From Squalus acanthias (Eukaryota), in NCBI GenBank assembly GCA_030390025.1, contig CM059432.1, positions 43,402,001-43,466,000 of the forward strand: a stretch of 64,000 nucleotides of DNA, written 5' to 3'. The position numbers were made by a program, and so were the translations under genes. A model generated the notes under the pieces. The model did no database searches, had not been told where the DNA came from, and saw only the letters and a program-made list of their open reading frames with translations. The first letter of the stretch is position 1, and each line of letters begins with the position of its first letter. Below, piece by piece: positions 12,613-23,449 of the stretch.

Positions 12613-13070
12613 TGCGAAATTTCAGATCCATTGTATTTTTGTTTGTCTAGGTTTAATTTGGTATCTGTCCCCTTAAGTCTACTCACAATACATGAGAAGT
12701 TTAAAGCCAACTGCAATATGCAACAAACCATGTCCCAGGTGAATTTGATGTAAAAGATGCAAAAAGGTTCAAACTGGTTTTTGAAATGTAGGTTTAATTT
12801 AGTCAAATGTACGCCAGCCAATTATTTTTGAATCCAAGTATCAGTTATGAAAATCGAACGAGCAAATCCCAAGTAGTGAAAGGGTATATAAGTGGCTGGA
12901 TCTGGTCATTAAGCTGAATTAGAAGATTGGCTAACTGTAACCTTCACAGAAAAATATTAGGTAGACTGGTTAACTCCCATAGTAAGAAAATATTACAAGA
13001 AAGAGAAGAACTGCATATCTATTGTATATTAAATTTGATACAGGGGCACACATTTCATTGAAAACTCATT

Positions 13071-13395
13071 GGCCCGATTTTCCGTTCCCCATGACGGCGT
13101 ACGCACAGGGTACACCGTTATAATCCTTGTAAAAGGCCCCGCAAGTTCTGGGTTTCCCCATGCGCTGCGCCTGCGCGAAAACCCGGAACTTGCGATCTGT
13201 CAAGGTTCGCCTTGACAGATCTACCGCACCGACCCAAAAATCACTTTCGCTGACGCAGAGTTGAGCTATTTGCCCAACTACAGCCTAGCAAATGCCCACG
13301 AAACCCTTATGCCTGGTAAAAGAGGGATAGGTCCTGCATTCACCAGCGTAAGGGTTAATATAAATGTTAAATTTAAAATTTTAAAATTAAAAATC
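13071..13395. mobile_element. GC-rich non-autonomous DNA-element end with tandem hairpins
   Basis: Begins GGCCCGATTTT; CpG-rich; inverted repeats at 13140-13194 (15/16) and 13194-13221 (12-bp perfect stem, TTCG loop). Confidence 0.5.
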
Positions 13396-14075
13396 ATACA
13401 GGTTACGGCACTTCAAGTGCATAGCCAAGTACTTTTTAAATGCAATAAGGGTTTCTGCCTCTGCCACCCTTTCGGGCAGTGAGTTCCAGATCGTAAATGT
13501 GTTTATTATAAATGCATTTACAATTTCACTCCACCTAATGCCACAGAGGAAAACTTCTCCTTATATTGGCAAATCCTCCATGGCTATAATAGTCCCTATT
13601 AATGTTTAACAGGTTTTTGCTTTTTGAAATATTTTTTATTCTAAATAAAATATTCAATGAGTAACTAGAATATCATGTTTATCTGTTTCATAAAAGACCA
13701 GTATAATTAATGCAATTTATGCAACATTTCCCATTTATATAACAAAACTGTATTCTGTAACCATTCATTAAATATTCTCAATTTTGAAAATGTTTAAATG
13801 AGTGATTATTTAGTACTTGCAGCAAATATGTTACATCAGAATGTGTTAGGTGGTAGATTTTAAAACAATAGTCTACTGTTTTATACCTGGAGGTATGATA
13901 TAATAAAATGCATCCTATATCCACAGCAAGTTATTGCAATGTGATGGCAAACAAACTGTCCAGAAGTGGCAGGTGTATATTAATCAAAAAGCAAATGTTA
14001 AATTATACACTTTCAACATTCCCTACTTGTTATACGAGCAGTAAAGAAAAGCACCAACTTTCTGTTTATATGTCA

Positions 14076-17000
14076 CTCTGAGGGGGGAGGGTGAACAGCC
14101 AGAAGTCATTGTCCATATCGGTACCAACGACATAGGCAGAAAGAGGGATGAGGTCCTGCAGGCAGAGTTTAGGGAGCTAGGAGAGAGATTAAAAAGCAGG
14201 ACCTCAAAGGTAGTAATCTCCGGATTACTCCTGGTGCCATGTGCTAGTGAGTACAGGAATAGGAGGATAGAACAGATGAACGTGTGGCTGGAGAGATGGT
14301 GCAGGAGGGAGGGCTTTAGATTCCTGAGGCATTGGGACTGTTTCTGGGGAAGGTGGGACCTGTACCAGCTGGACGGGTTACACCTCAACAGAGCTGGGAC
14401 CAATATTCTCATGGGGAGGTTTGCTAGTGCTGTTGGGGAGGGTTTAAACTAGCTTGGCAGGGGGGTGGGCACCAGCATATAGGAGTAGAAAAGAGGACTA
14501 AGGTGCATAAAAGAGTGAGTGTGTTGGATAGTACTAGAGGCTGAAGTAGTACCATATTAGATAGGAGCAGACTAAGAAAGACTACGAAAAATTCAAAAAT
14601 GTGTTTAGAATGCATGTACATAAAGTGTGGTGAATAAGGCTTGTGAGCTACAAGCACAATTAGTCGTGTGGCAATATGATGTGGCAATAACGGAAACATG
14701 GCTTAAAAACGGTGAGGACTGGGCACTTAATATTCAAGGGTACAAGATGTTCAGAAAAAATAGGGAAGGAAAAAAGGGAGGTGGGGTGGCAGTGCTGATT
14801 AAGGAAGACATTGTAGTGTTGGAAAGGGAGGATGTTCTTGAGGGGACAAGGATAGAATCCATTTGGTTAGAGTTGAGGAGCAAAAAGGGTATGATCACTA
14901 TTGGGGGTATTCTATAGGCCTCCAAATAGTGAGAGGGAGGTAGAGGAGCAAATCTGCAGGGAAATCGCAGGGATATGCAAGAGCTATAGAGTGGTGATAT
15001 TGGGGGACTTTAATTACCCAAATATCGATTGGAATAATGCTAGGGTAAAGGAAATGGAGGGGGAGGAATTTCTGAAATGTGTTCAGGAGAATTTCCTTGA
15101 CCAGTATGTTCATGGTCCAACTAGGAAGGAGGCATTGCTGGATCTGCTGCTGAGGAATGAGGTGGGAAAGGTCGACCAAGTGTCTGTGGGAGTGAGTACA
15201 CTTGGGTACGAGTGATCATCGTATCATAAGATTTAGATTAGCAATGGAGAGGAGCAAGGAACACTCTAGAGTGGAACTTCTAAACTGGAATACGGCTAAC
15301 TTCAATGGGATGCAAAAGGATCTAGCCAGGGTAAAATGGAACCAAAGACTGACAGGAAAAACTGTAACAGAACAATGGGTGATCTTTAAGGAGGAGATGT
15401 TCCAAGTGCAGGCTAGGTACATTCCAACAAGAGGGAAGCTTAAGGGAACCAAAGCAAGGACTCCTTGGATGATGAGGGAGATAGAGAAGATGATGAAACA
15501 AAAAAAGAGGGTGTATGATGCATGTCAGGTGAATTCTTCAAGGGAGAACCAGATCAAATACAATAAGTTGAGAGGGGAAGTGAAGATGAAAATAAGATTG
15601 GCAAAGAGAGAATATGAGAGTAGAATGGTGGTTAACATAAAAGGGAACCCAAAAATCTTCTACCGGCATGTAAACAGTAAGCGGGTAGTAAGAGGTGGGG
15701 TGGGGCCTATTAGGGACAAAGAAGGTGATATATGCTTAGAGGCGCAGGGCAAGGCTAGAATATTCAATGAGTACTTTGTATCAGTGTTTACGAAGGAGGT
15801 GGATGCTGACAAAATATTGGTAGAACTGGAAAAGGTAGAAGCAATGGAAGGGGTGAAAATTGATGGACAGGATGTACTGGAGAGGCTGGGTATGCTTAGA
15901 GTGGAGAAGTCACCTGGTCCAGATGGCTTGCATCCCAGGTTGCTGAGGGAATTGGGAGGGGAGATAGCGGAAGGGCTTGCCATAATTTTCCAATCTTCCC
16001 TAGATGCGGGGGAGGTGCCTGAGGATTGGAAAGTGGCAAATGTGACACCATTGTTCAAGAAAGGGTGTAAGGACAATCCTAGTAACTATAGTTTAATATC
16101 AGTGGTGGGTAAAGTTTTAGAAACAATAATCAAGGAAAAAATTAACAGGCACTTGGGGAGGTTTAAGCTAATTAAGGAGAGCCAACATGGATTTGTAAAA
16201 GGCAGAACATGTTTGACTAATCTAATTGAATTTTTTGATGGAGTAACAGGGAGGATTGATGAAGGGAATGCAATGAATGTTGTCTACATGGATTTTAGGA
16301 AGGCATTTGACAAAGTACCACATAGAAGACTGGTTAACAAAATTGAGGCTCATGGAACAGGTGGGTAAGTGACAGCTTGGATAAGGAATTGGCTTAAGGA
16401 CAGAAAACAGCGAGTTGTGGTAAATGGCTATTTTTCAGACTGGAGGATGGTAGACAGTGGTGTTCCCCAAGGGTCAGTGCTGGGACCACTGCTTTTTTTT
16501 GATATATATAAATGACCTGGATATTGGAATACAGAATAGAATTTCTAAATTTGCCGATGACACCAAACTTGCGGGGGGGCGGCGGGGGGGGGGGGGGGGG
16601 TGGCAAACAGTGATGATCATACCAATCAACTGCAACAGGACATAGAAAGGCTAGCAGAATGGGCAGACAAGTGGCGGATGGAATTTACTACAGAGAAGTC
16701 TGAGGTGATGCATTTTGGCAGAAGGAACAGCGAGAGGCAATACACACTTAATGGCACAGTTTTAAAGAGTGTGCAGGGACAGAGGGACCTGGGAGTTAAT
16801 GTGCATAGGTCCCTGAAGGTGGCAGGACATATTGAGAGAGTGGTTAGCAAAGCATATGGGATCTTGGGCTTCATAAATAGAGGTCATGATGTGGAGATGC
16901 CGGCGTTGGACTGGGGTGGACAAAAATGAGAAGTCGCACAACACCAGGTTATAGTCCAACAGATTTATTTAATTTATTTAATTAAATAAATCTGTTGGAC

Positions 17001-17629
17001 TATAACCTGGTGTTGTGCGACTTCTCATTTTCATAAATAGAGGTATTGAGTACAAAAGTAGAGAAGTTATGTTGATCCTTTATAAAGCGCTGGTTAGACC
17101 ACAACTGGAGTATTGCATCCAGTTCTGGTCATGACACTTTAGGAAGGGTGAGAGGAGATATACCAGAATGATTCCGGGGATGGGGGAATCTTAGCTATAA
17201 GGTTGGAGAAGCTGGATTTGTTTTCATTAGAGCAAAGGAGGTTGAGGGGTGATTTGATAGAGGTGTACAAGATTATGACGGGTTTGGATAGGCTAGACGG
17301 GGAAAGGCTGTTCCCACTACTTGATGGTACAAGGACTAGGGGACACAGATTTAAGGTTTTGGGCAAGAGATACAGGGGGGATGTGAGGAAAAACTTTTTT
17401 ACGCAGCGAGTGGTGAGGACCTGGAACTCGCTGCCGACAGAAGTGGTGGAAGCGGAGACACTCAATTTTTTCAAGGGGAGACTGGATAGGCACTTGAGGG
17501 AAATAAACTTGCAGGGCTATGAGGATAGAGCGGGGGAATGGGACTGACTGGATTGCTCTACAGAGAGCCAGCACAAACTCGATGGGCCAAATGGCCTCCT
17601 TCTGTGCCGTTATGACTCTATGACTCTAT
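14076..17629 (+). mobile_element. CR1 LINE: 3' part of ORF1 (SGNH esterase-like) plus complete but frameshifted ORF2
   Basis: ORF1 remnant VHIGTND..DGLHLNRAG..GEGLN* (to 14452); EN motifs VAITETWLK, GGGVAVLI, ILGDFNYP; RT motifs KSPGPDGLHP, QHGFVKGRTCLTNL, KFADDTKL; 3' tail (TATGACTC)2 at ~17611-17629. Confidence 0.93.
16885..17029 (-). mobile_element. Penelope-like element terminal fragment with inverted duplication, nested in CR1
   Basis: 15-bp TSD TTCATAAATAGAGGT (16870-16884, 17030-17044); perfect 51-bp inverted repeat (16923-16973 / 16981-17031). The sequence AATAAATCTGTTGGACTATAACCTGGTGTTGTG..CCCCAGTCCAACGCCGGCATCTCCACATCATG resembles shark Penelope ends as recalled. Confidence 0.65.
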
Positions 17630-17717
17630 TTTTTGAAATACTGTTATTACAACTGTAGACAATTAATTAGAATTCACACTGCTTCATATGTATTAAACAA
17701 TTTTTCCTGAGTATTAT

Positions 17718-17901
17718 GGGATAGAAATTTGTCTTGGGCGGCAGTGCAAAACGAGCGGTATCACTTTGGCCGCCCGTTAAATGCCCTGCTCGATATTCAG
17801 TTCTTTGAAATCAATGGAACTGAATACCGGGCAGGGAGTATAATGGCAGCCTATATGATACCGTCCATTTTGCACTAACCCCCAAGACAAATTTCTACCC
17901 C
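17718..17901. mobile_element. Palindromic MITE, PIF/Harbinger-like
   Basis: TIRs GGGATAGAAATTTGTCTTGGG / CCCAAGACAAATTTCTACCCC; body largely self-complementary; flanked by TAT/TAT. Confidence 0.8.
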
Positions 17902-17913
17902 TATGTCTTTTTG

Positions 17914-18377
17914 TGTGTCAGCTGTGGCTCAGTTGGTAGCACCCTTGCCCTTGAGTCAGGAAGGTTGTGGGTTCAAGTCCTACTCCAGAGACTTGAGCAC
18001 AAAAATCTAGGCTGACGCTCCAGCGCAGTACCGAGGGAGTGCTGCACTGTCGGAGATGCTGTCTTTCGGATGAGACGTTAAACCGAGGCCCCATCTTCCC
18101 TCTCAGGTGGACGGAAAAAATCCCATAGCACTATATCGAAGAGGAGCAGGGGAGTTATCCCTGGTGTCCTGGTCAATATTTATCCCTCAAATCAACATCA
18201 CTAAAAAACAGATTATCTGGTCATTATCACATTGCTGTTTGTGGGAGCTTGCTGTGCGCAAATTGGCAGCTGTGATTACAACAGTGACTACACTCCAAAA
18301 GTACTTCATTGGCTGTAAAGCACTTTGGGACGTCCGGTGGTCGTGAACAGGCGCTATATAAATGCAAGTCTTTTTTT
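17914..18377 (+). mobile_element. tRNA-derived SINE with Deu-type core (SacSINE1/DeuSINE-like) and L2-like tail
   Basis: A box TGGCTCAGTTGG, B box GGTTCAAGTCC; core GTGCTGCACTGTCGGAG..TCTTTCGGATGAGACGTTAAACCGAGGCC..GAGCAGGGGAGTTATCC; tail GGCGCTATATAAATGCAAGTCTTTT. Confidence 0.85.
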
Positions 18378-18539
18378 GTTTATTGAATATCACTTATAAA
18401 TGCACAGTACGATTTAAAATTGCTATTTTATTTGGGAGGTACCACCGATGTGCATCAGGAGCAGGGGACATCACACTTTTAAAGTATCTGCATAACACAA
18501 AGAGTGTTGTCCCTTTTGGGCTTTAAGGCAGATAAAGTC

Positions 18540-19969
18540 AGTGGCAGGCTGCAGTTCAGCCGGGGGGGGTTGCCCCTCGTGTTGTGTAGGTTGACCCGAG
18601 TTGGCTGCAACGGGTGTTATTTTCTTGTTGTTTTGGGGAAGGTGTTGCTGTTGTTTGGAGCAGGTGGCAGAGCCCAGCAGGTGGGGATTGAGCGCCTGGA
18701 TCTGCGAGGGCAACGGCTTCCCCTGACAGGCGGGGCGAGGCGAGCGGCGCATCCTGTGTGCAGACACTCACAGCCGGCGCTCAGGGCAAAACCAAGGCGC
18801 TCTCTCCCCCCACTACCCACCGCCCGAGCTGCGGCCCTTCCAGCTGAACGACTAACCAGTATTAGCTTTTATGGTGAATGCACCTTGGTGAAGTCCTTCG
18901 TCTGGCCCATGTAGTCGAGGTACTGTGCAAATAAGGTGCATATTATACATAGAACAAAATGTACGATTTGGGGTCAGTTGAACTTTCAGGTGTTAAAACC
19001 CGTACATTGTATTTTGCATGCAAAAAATTCGGAGCGGAAAATGTAGCAGCTGTGTTTCGTATGGTGTAGCTAGTTGAATGTTATGAGAGAGAGAAAAAAA
19101 AACCTAACAGACTGGAAATAAGCCAGCAGAAGGGAGATTATGATGCCGATCTCAGAGTAGCTGGATTCTGGAAGTCCCGTTTTAATAGCAGATCGCGATA
19201 AGACACAGGGAGAGAAGCCAGGAGCTCTCGGCTGTAGCAGATGGCAGAGAAGGAAAGTATTTGAGCCGAGCCCGAATGCAGCAGCAAGCAGCAGCAGCCC
19301 TTCCCTCTGAGCTCTCGGCAGCCGGGCTTGGGAAAGCATCACCAGGGATCAAGCTGCACACAAGACACGCACACACAGCCCTCAAACAGAGAGAGAGGGA
19401 GAGCAAGAGACACTCTGCCAGTTTATTGTTAACATATACTTGACCTCCTGACCCCTTCACGACACAGATGTCTGCTCTACCTCTTTCAACTCCCCCTGGC
19501 TAAACCCCACCCACCCCGCACCTGGGGAGTGAGTTACCAGCGCCAGGCTGCTTTGCAGGCAGGACTCTCTTCAGTACAACTGCTCGCTGCTAACGAGAGT
19601 ATCTATCCGGCCGGGCACATCTACGGAGGGCGGCTGCCTGGAGTTTGTCTTCTGATCTGACATCGTGACGATCGATCCTGGTGGCCTGCAAACATCCAAA
19701 GGAGGCAACTCGTTTGTATTTTTTTTAAAAGCAAAACAGTTTGTTTTCCCCCCCTTGCCCCTGAAGTTTGCAATAGTCCTTCTTGTTTGGGGAGATCTGA
19801 AGTTTTCAGTATTTTCTTCAGTTGGTGCTGAGTTTTACGTGTGGACGGATCTGCTTGGCTGCAGGGAGAAACTTGCATTCTTCCTTTCTTATTTGTTTTG
19901 TGGCCGAGGTCTGGAACTTCTATAACTTAATAAATAGGCGAATGGTTGGAATCTCTGGATCTTATCAAC
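18540..19969 (+). promoter_or_regulatory. RUNX1T1: GC/CpG-rich promoter and 5' UTR region of RUNX1T1 (distal promoter)
   Basis: Clearly CpG-enriched, GC box GGCGGGGCG (~18729), CAG- and GA-runs, no TE similarity; ends at the first coding exon donor. TSS not locatable. Confidence 0.65.
19942..19969 (+). CDS. RUNX1T1: RUNX1T1 alternative first coding exon (MVGISGSYQ + C, phase 1)
   Basis: ATG..CAAC|GTAAGT strong donor; joins 45074 in frame to give [22 protein letters not shown], like the recalled ETO-family N-termini MVGLSGPVQYRTEK / MVGVPG. Confidence 0.8.
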
Positions 19970-22900
19970 GTAAGTGTGGTTCGCAGCATTTGCCTTCCTA
20001 TTACTGATATCTTCCCCCGGTGTTAATTTAGCGCTTCTCAGAGTATTTAAGCAGCAAGTTATTCGTTAAACGGGTGCAATTGTAGCGACGTTCTCGTCTT
20101 TTGAGCTGTGACATTTGTTTTCATTTTTTTTGGAATGCAAATTGTATAAATCTGATTTAAATTATTGACCCAGTTATTTGAAGAGAGACATTAAACACGA
20201 GACATACAGGTTGTTGTTCAAATTATAATGCAAGCTATAATAAAAAGCTTACACAGTGTATAGCGTGAACAGGATTGTGCACTTTTAGATTAATTACCTC
20301 TATTTAACAATTGGGGGTTTCACTTGACCTTCGTCCTTCTGTCAAAACAATTGTCTCATTCATATTAGAATTTTCCAAAAATCAGAAAGTTCACTTACTT
20401 GGAAATATGATGTATGGATCATCAATTAATTCGTTTGATCTTTGTAGTGATTTGATTTGATCTATTAACCAGTATTTAACTTGCTTGTCGATGGGCATTT
20501 GTTGGTCTATTTTCAGCACTTAATCCTGTTATCTAGGAAGCTTTACATCTGGCTTTGTTTTGGAACGGCTACAATTATGTGATCTAGTAATAAGAGAAAG
20601 GGGCAAGAGGGGAAATGGCTCCACCTGGAGAGTGAGTTGCAGGGCAGTCAGCTCTGACCACCCTTTCCTGTCAAATCCTGTTTTCCCCTTATACAGGAGA
20701 TTCATTCTAAATGCAGAGCGTTCAATGCAAAGCCCAATTCATTAAGATTCTTAGTGACTGCATCACTTGTGAGCAGCTCAAACTGAAAGAAAGTTAGCAT
20801 CTGCAGTTTTGCATTTGAAAACAGTAGCTGTCACAATTGTCAGTTTCATCTTTTGATTCACTTTGATGATTTTCCCAATGCAGTTCATTAATGGAGATCT
20901 TTCAGTTGTTAAATGGAAGGTTAATATATTGTTTTGAGCTTTGGATTTCAATTAAAAAGCTTGGTCTTTGTTCTGTGGGAACTTGTCATGTGCTGTGATC
21001 AAGATGCCTTATCAGTTAAATAAAAGGTGACTTAGTACTTGCATGTTGGGGAGGCTCGTTCTCATGAGCGCTAGCAGGAGATACATGTGGATAAACAATT
21101 GATGTTTGTGGTTTGGCAAAATGTGAACATTAGTTTGCACAAATTCATGAGCATACTTTTATTATTGTATATCAGATATGTCCAACTGTTAGTTACACTT
21201 TACTAGAAACATCATAAAATTTAAATAAAGATAGAGAATACTTATTTTGAAATTCACGACTAGTTGCATATTCAACCGTTTCCTTTGAAAGGCTTTTTTT
21301 TGTTTGGCCTAATCAAAGCCTTGCTTAAATTAACTCCAGTTCACCAATAAATATGTTTCGTGTATAAGAACATCTTTATTAATTTTCTTTTAACATAGTT
21401 ATGGTACTGGAATTCCTTTTATGTACAAGTGCATTTTTGGGGGTTTTGGAAAAGGAGCCTGTTTCCCACCTGTCGCACCCAGAAACATTTCCATGAAGTT
21501 TGTTTTTGTTTCTTTGGTGATAAAATAATTGCTGGCCACAGGGACATGAAAATAGTCGAGTTTTATTCCTACAATAAATTCTCACTTAACTGTTCAATGT
21601 CAGGAAGCAATTGCATATAGGACACAAATCTTAACCCACCAGCAGTGGTCCTTTACTGATCTTTCTTTCATCAGTGTGAGACACTCGTGAAAGAAGATTC
21701 ACACTACGCTACCATTGCAGGAGAATTTGCTTTTGTCTTATCTATAGTTTATTCCAAATTTATGAATTAAATAGAACTTTTTAAAATGATCAATTTCAAT
21801 AGTGCACCATGCAGTATTGGTTGGAGAAATATATTCTAACATTGAGGTTTCTCCACTTTGAGGGAGAAACTATAATAATTTCTTCCTGCATGGCATTTTG
21901 GATCCAATGACATGACTGTAGTTTGTTGGAACTCTAGCTATGCCATATAACACAGAACAGCATTTTGATGTATATAAATACTGCATGTTATGAGCCAGTG
22001 CAGAGTACAAAGATGTCATTGGGTCCAGAATTTACTACAGGAAGGAGAAGGAACAGCATCCCCTAGTGAGAATACAGTGTTGGAAGTAGTACTTCTTCAG
22101 AACACAGCAATGTAACATTTGATCCAGGATTAAATTTGTGAGACTACTATTTGGCATTTACCATTTTATTAAAAAAATATCTCTTCAACAAATTCAATAG
22201 CTACATAGATTTGTAATCATTAAGGAATCTGTGAAGTGGATCTAGTGTGCAAGAATTTGAGTTATAATCAAGAAATAATGCATATGCGCTGAAATTAAAA
22301 TTGAATTTTGCTTAAGCTTTAATAACAATGACATGCTATAGTAAATTTTATCTCATTTTCATATTTTTATTAATACTTCTATAAAATGAGGAAAGAGCAT
22401 GTTTTCTAAGTGATTAAAACACACTACGATCATGATTTTAATATCACTACATATTTTTATATGTTTTATATGCCTTACTAACGTCACATTGGTTAGGTTT
22501 GAGTTTGGTGGTCATTTAACTGAGGAAACATCAGTTCAATTTGTTATGGGTAATTGTATGTGCTAAGTGTTGAGTCGGGTTATTTACATGGTGTTCAAAC
22601 AGAACAAGACACTTTGCCCAACTTCAGTAGCCATCTGTAAGTGTAGAGGGCTTGCACCTGTCAGTCCACACTAATTATAGATTAGGGTCAAAGAAATGAA
22701 ATATGAGCAGTTGCTGTCGATGATTACTCCAACTCTTCTAGAAAATGATTATTTGCGATGTGCATGTTTGTTTATAGCAAAAAAAAACCACTCTGGCCAT
22801 ATGATAACTATGTTAATTTTTTTAATGCTCATTCCATTTTGAGGTTAATGTTTTTGGCAATACATGCAAAAGCTTCTTATAATAAAAGCTGCTACTGTAA

Positions 22901-23354
22901 TCCTAAAACTCAAGGAAATCATTTGTCTGGGGAAAAGCTGTTCTCACAAGGTCACTTTTTTCAGTTGAATATTATTTTAGTCTGTCGTGTCCACAGTCAT
23001 ATCAATGAGCCTTCCATGTTATTGGATTAGTTGAGGATTTGTGACAGACCCCTTTTATCTGCCATATTCATAGTGGTGCCAAGCTTTTCATCAGCTCCTT
23101 TTTTATTACAGTTCTGCTTTTCCACTCACATTATGGCAATGTGCTCTCACAATTTGAGCAGCTTTCCACCAGGTGACAGGTGTCCTGCCCGGCTGCAGTT
23201 GGCCGGGAGTCCATTTTCTGTAATCCTCAGTCCGTGTTTTCCCTTTGAGTTGCCAATTAACTTCTCACACACCCTCTGTTTATTTTCCTGGATCCATCTG
23301 GGCTGAGCTGATATTGTAATCACTCTAATGCACATTGCCTTCCCTTCACACACA

Positions 23355-23449
23355 ATGTGCCATCATGACGAGCCTTTTATTTTAGATAAGCCGAGGAAGT
23401 GTGTTTAATGAATACAAACCCGTTGTGCTGGTGTGCACTCTGCCAGAAG
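23355..23449 (+). other. RUNX1T1: Candidate alternative 5' exon / conserved element of RUNX1T1
   Basis: MCHHDEPFILDK then, in the +1 frame, VFNEYKPVVLVCTLPE and AAG|GTAATC phase-1 donor; resembles a recalled human isoform start MCHPDKAFTSDKLQCVFNEYK; contains AGATAAG. Confidence 0.5.

Noticed and set aside
16923..17031. miRNA gene, terminator or CRISPR-like repeat
   Set aside because: Perfect palindrome with a TSD inside a LINE indicates a recent insertion; the context is eukaryotic with no repeat-spacer array.
17914..17990. tRNA gene
   Set aside because: The A/B boxes belong to the SINE head, which runs directly into the SINE core; multiple copies occur in the window.
18471..19460. Several overlapping 60-136 aa ORFs on both strands in the GC-rich region
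   Set aside because: No recognisable domains; expected by chance in a GC-rich promoter.
20560..20640. DLVIRERGKRGN loosely resembles the recalled human MTG8b exon 1b peptide (SLVIGDCRKKGN)
   Set aside because: No in-frame ATG start, and the nearby GTGAGT donor would be phase 0, incompatible with the phase-1 acceptor at 45074; similarity too weak.
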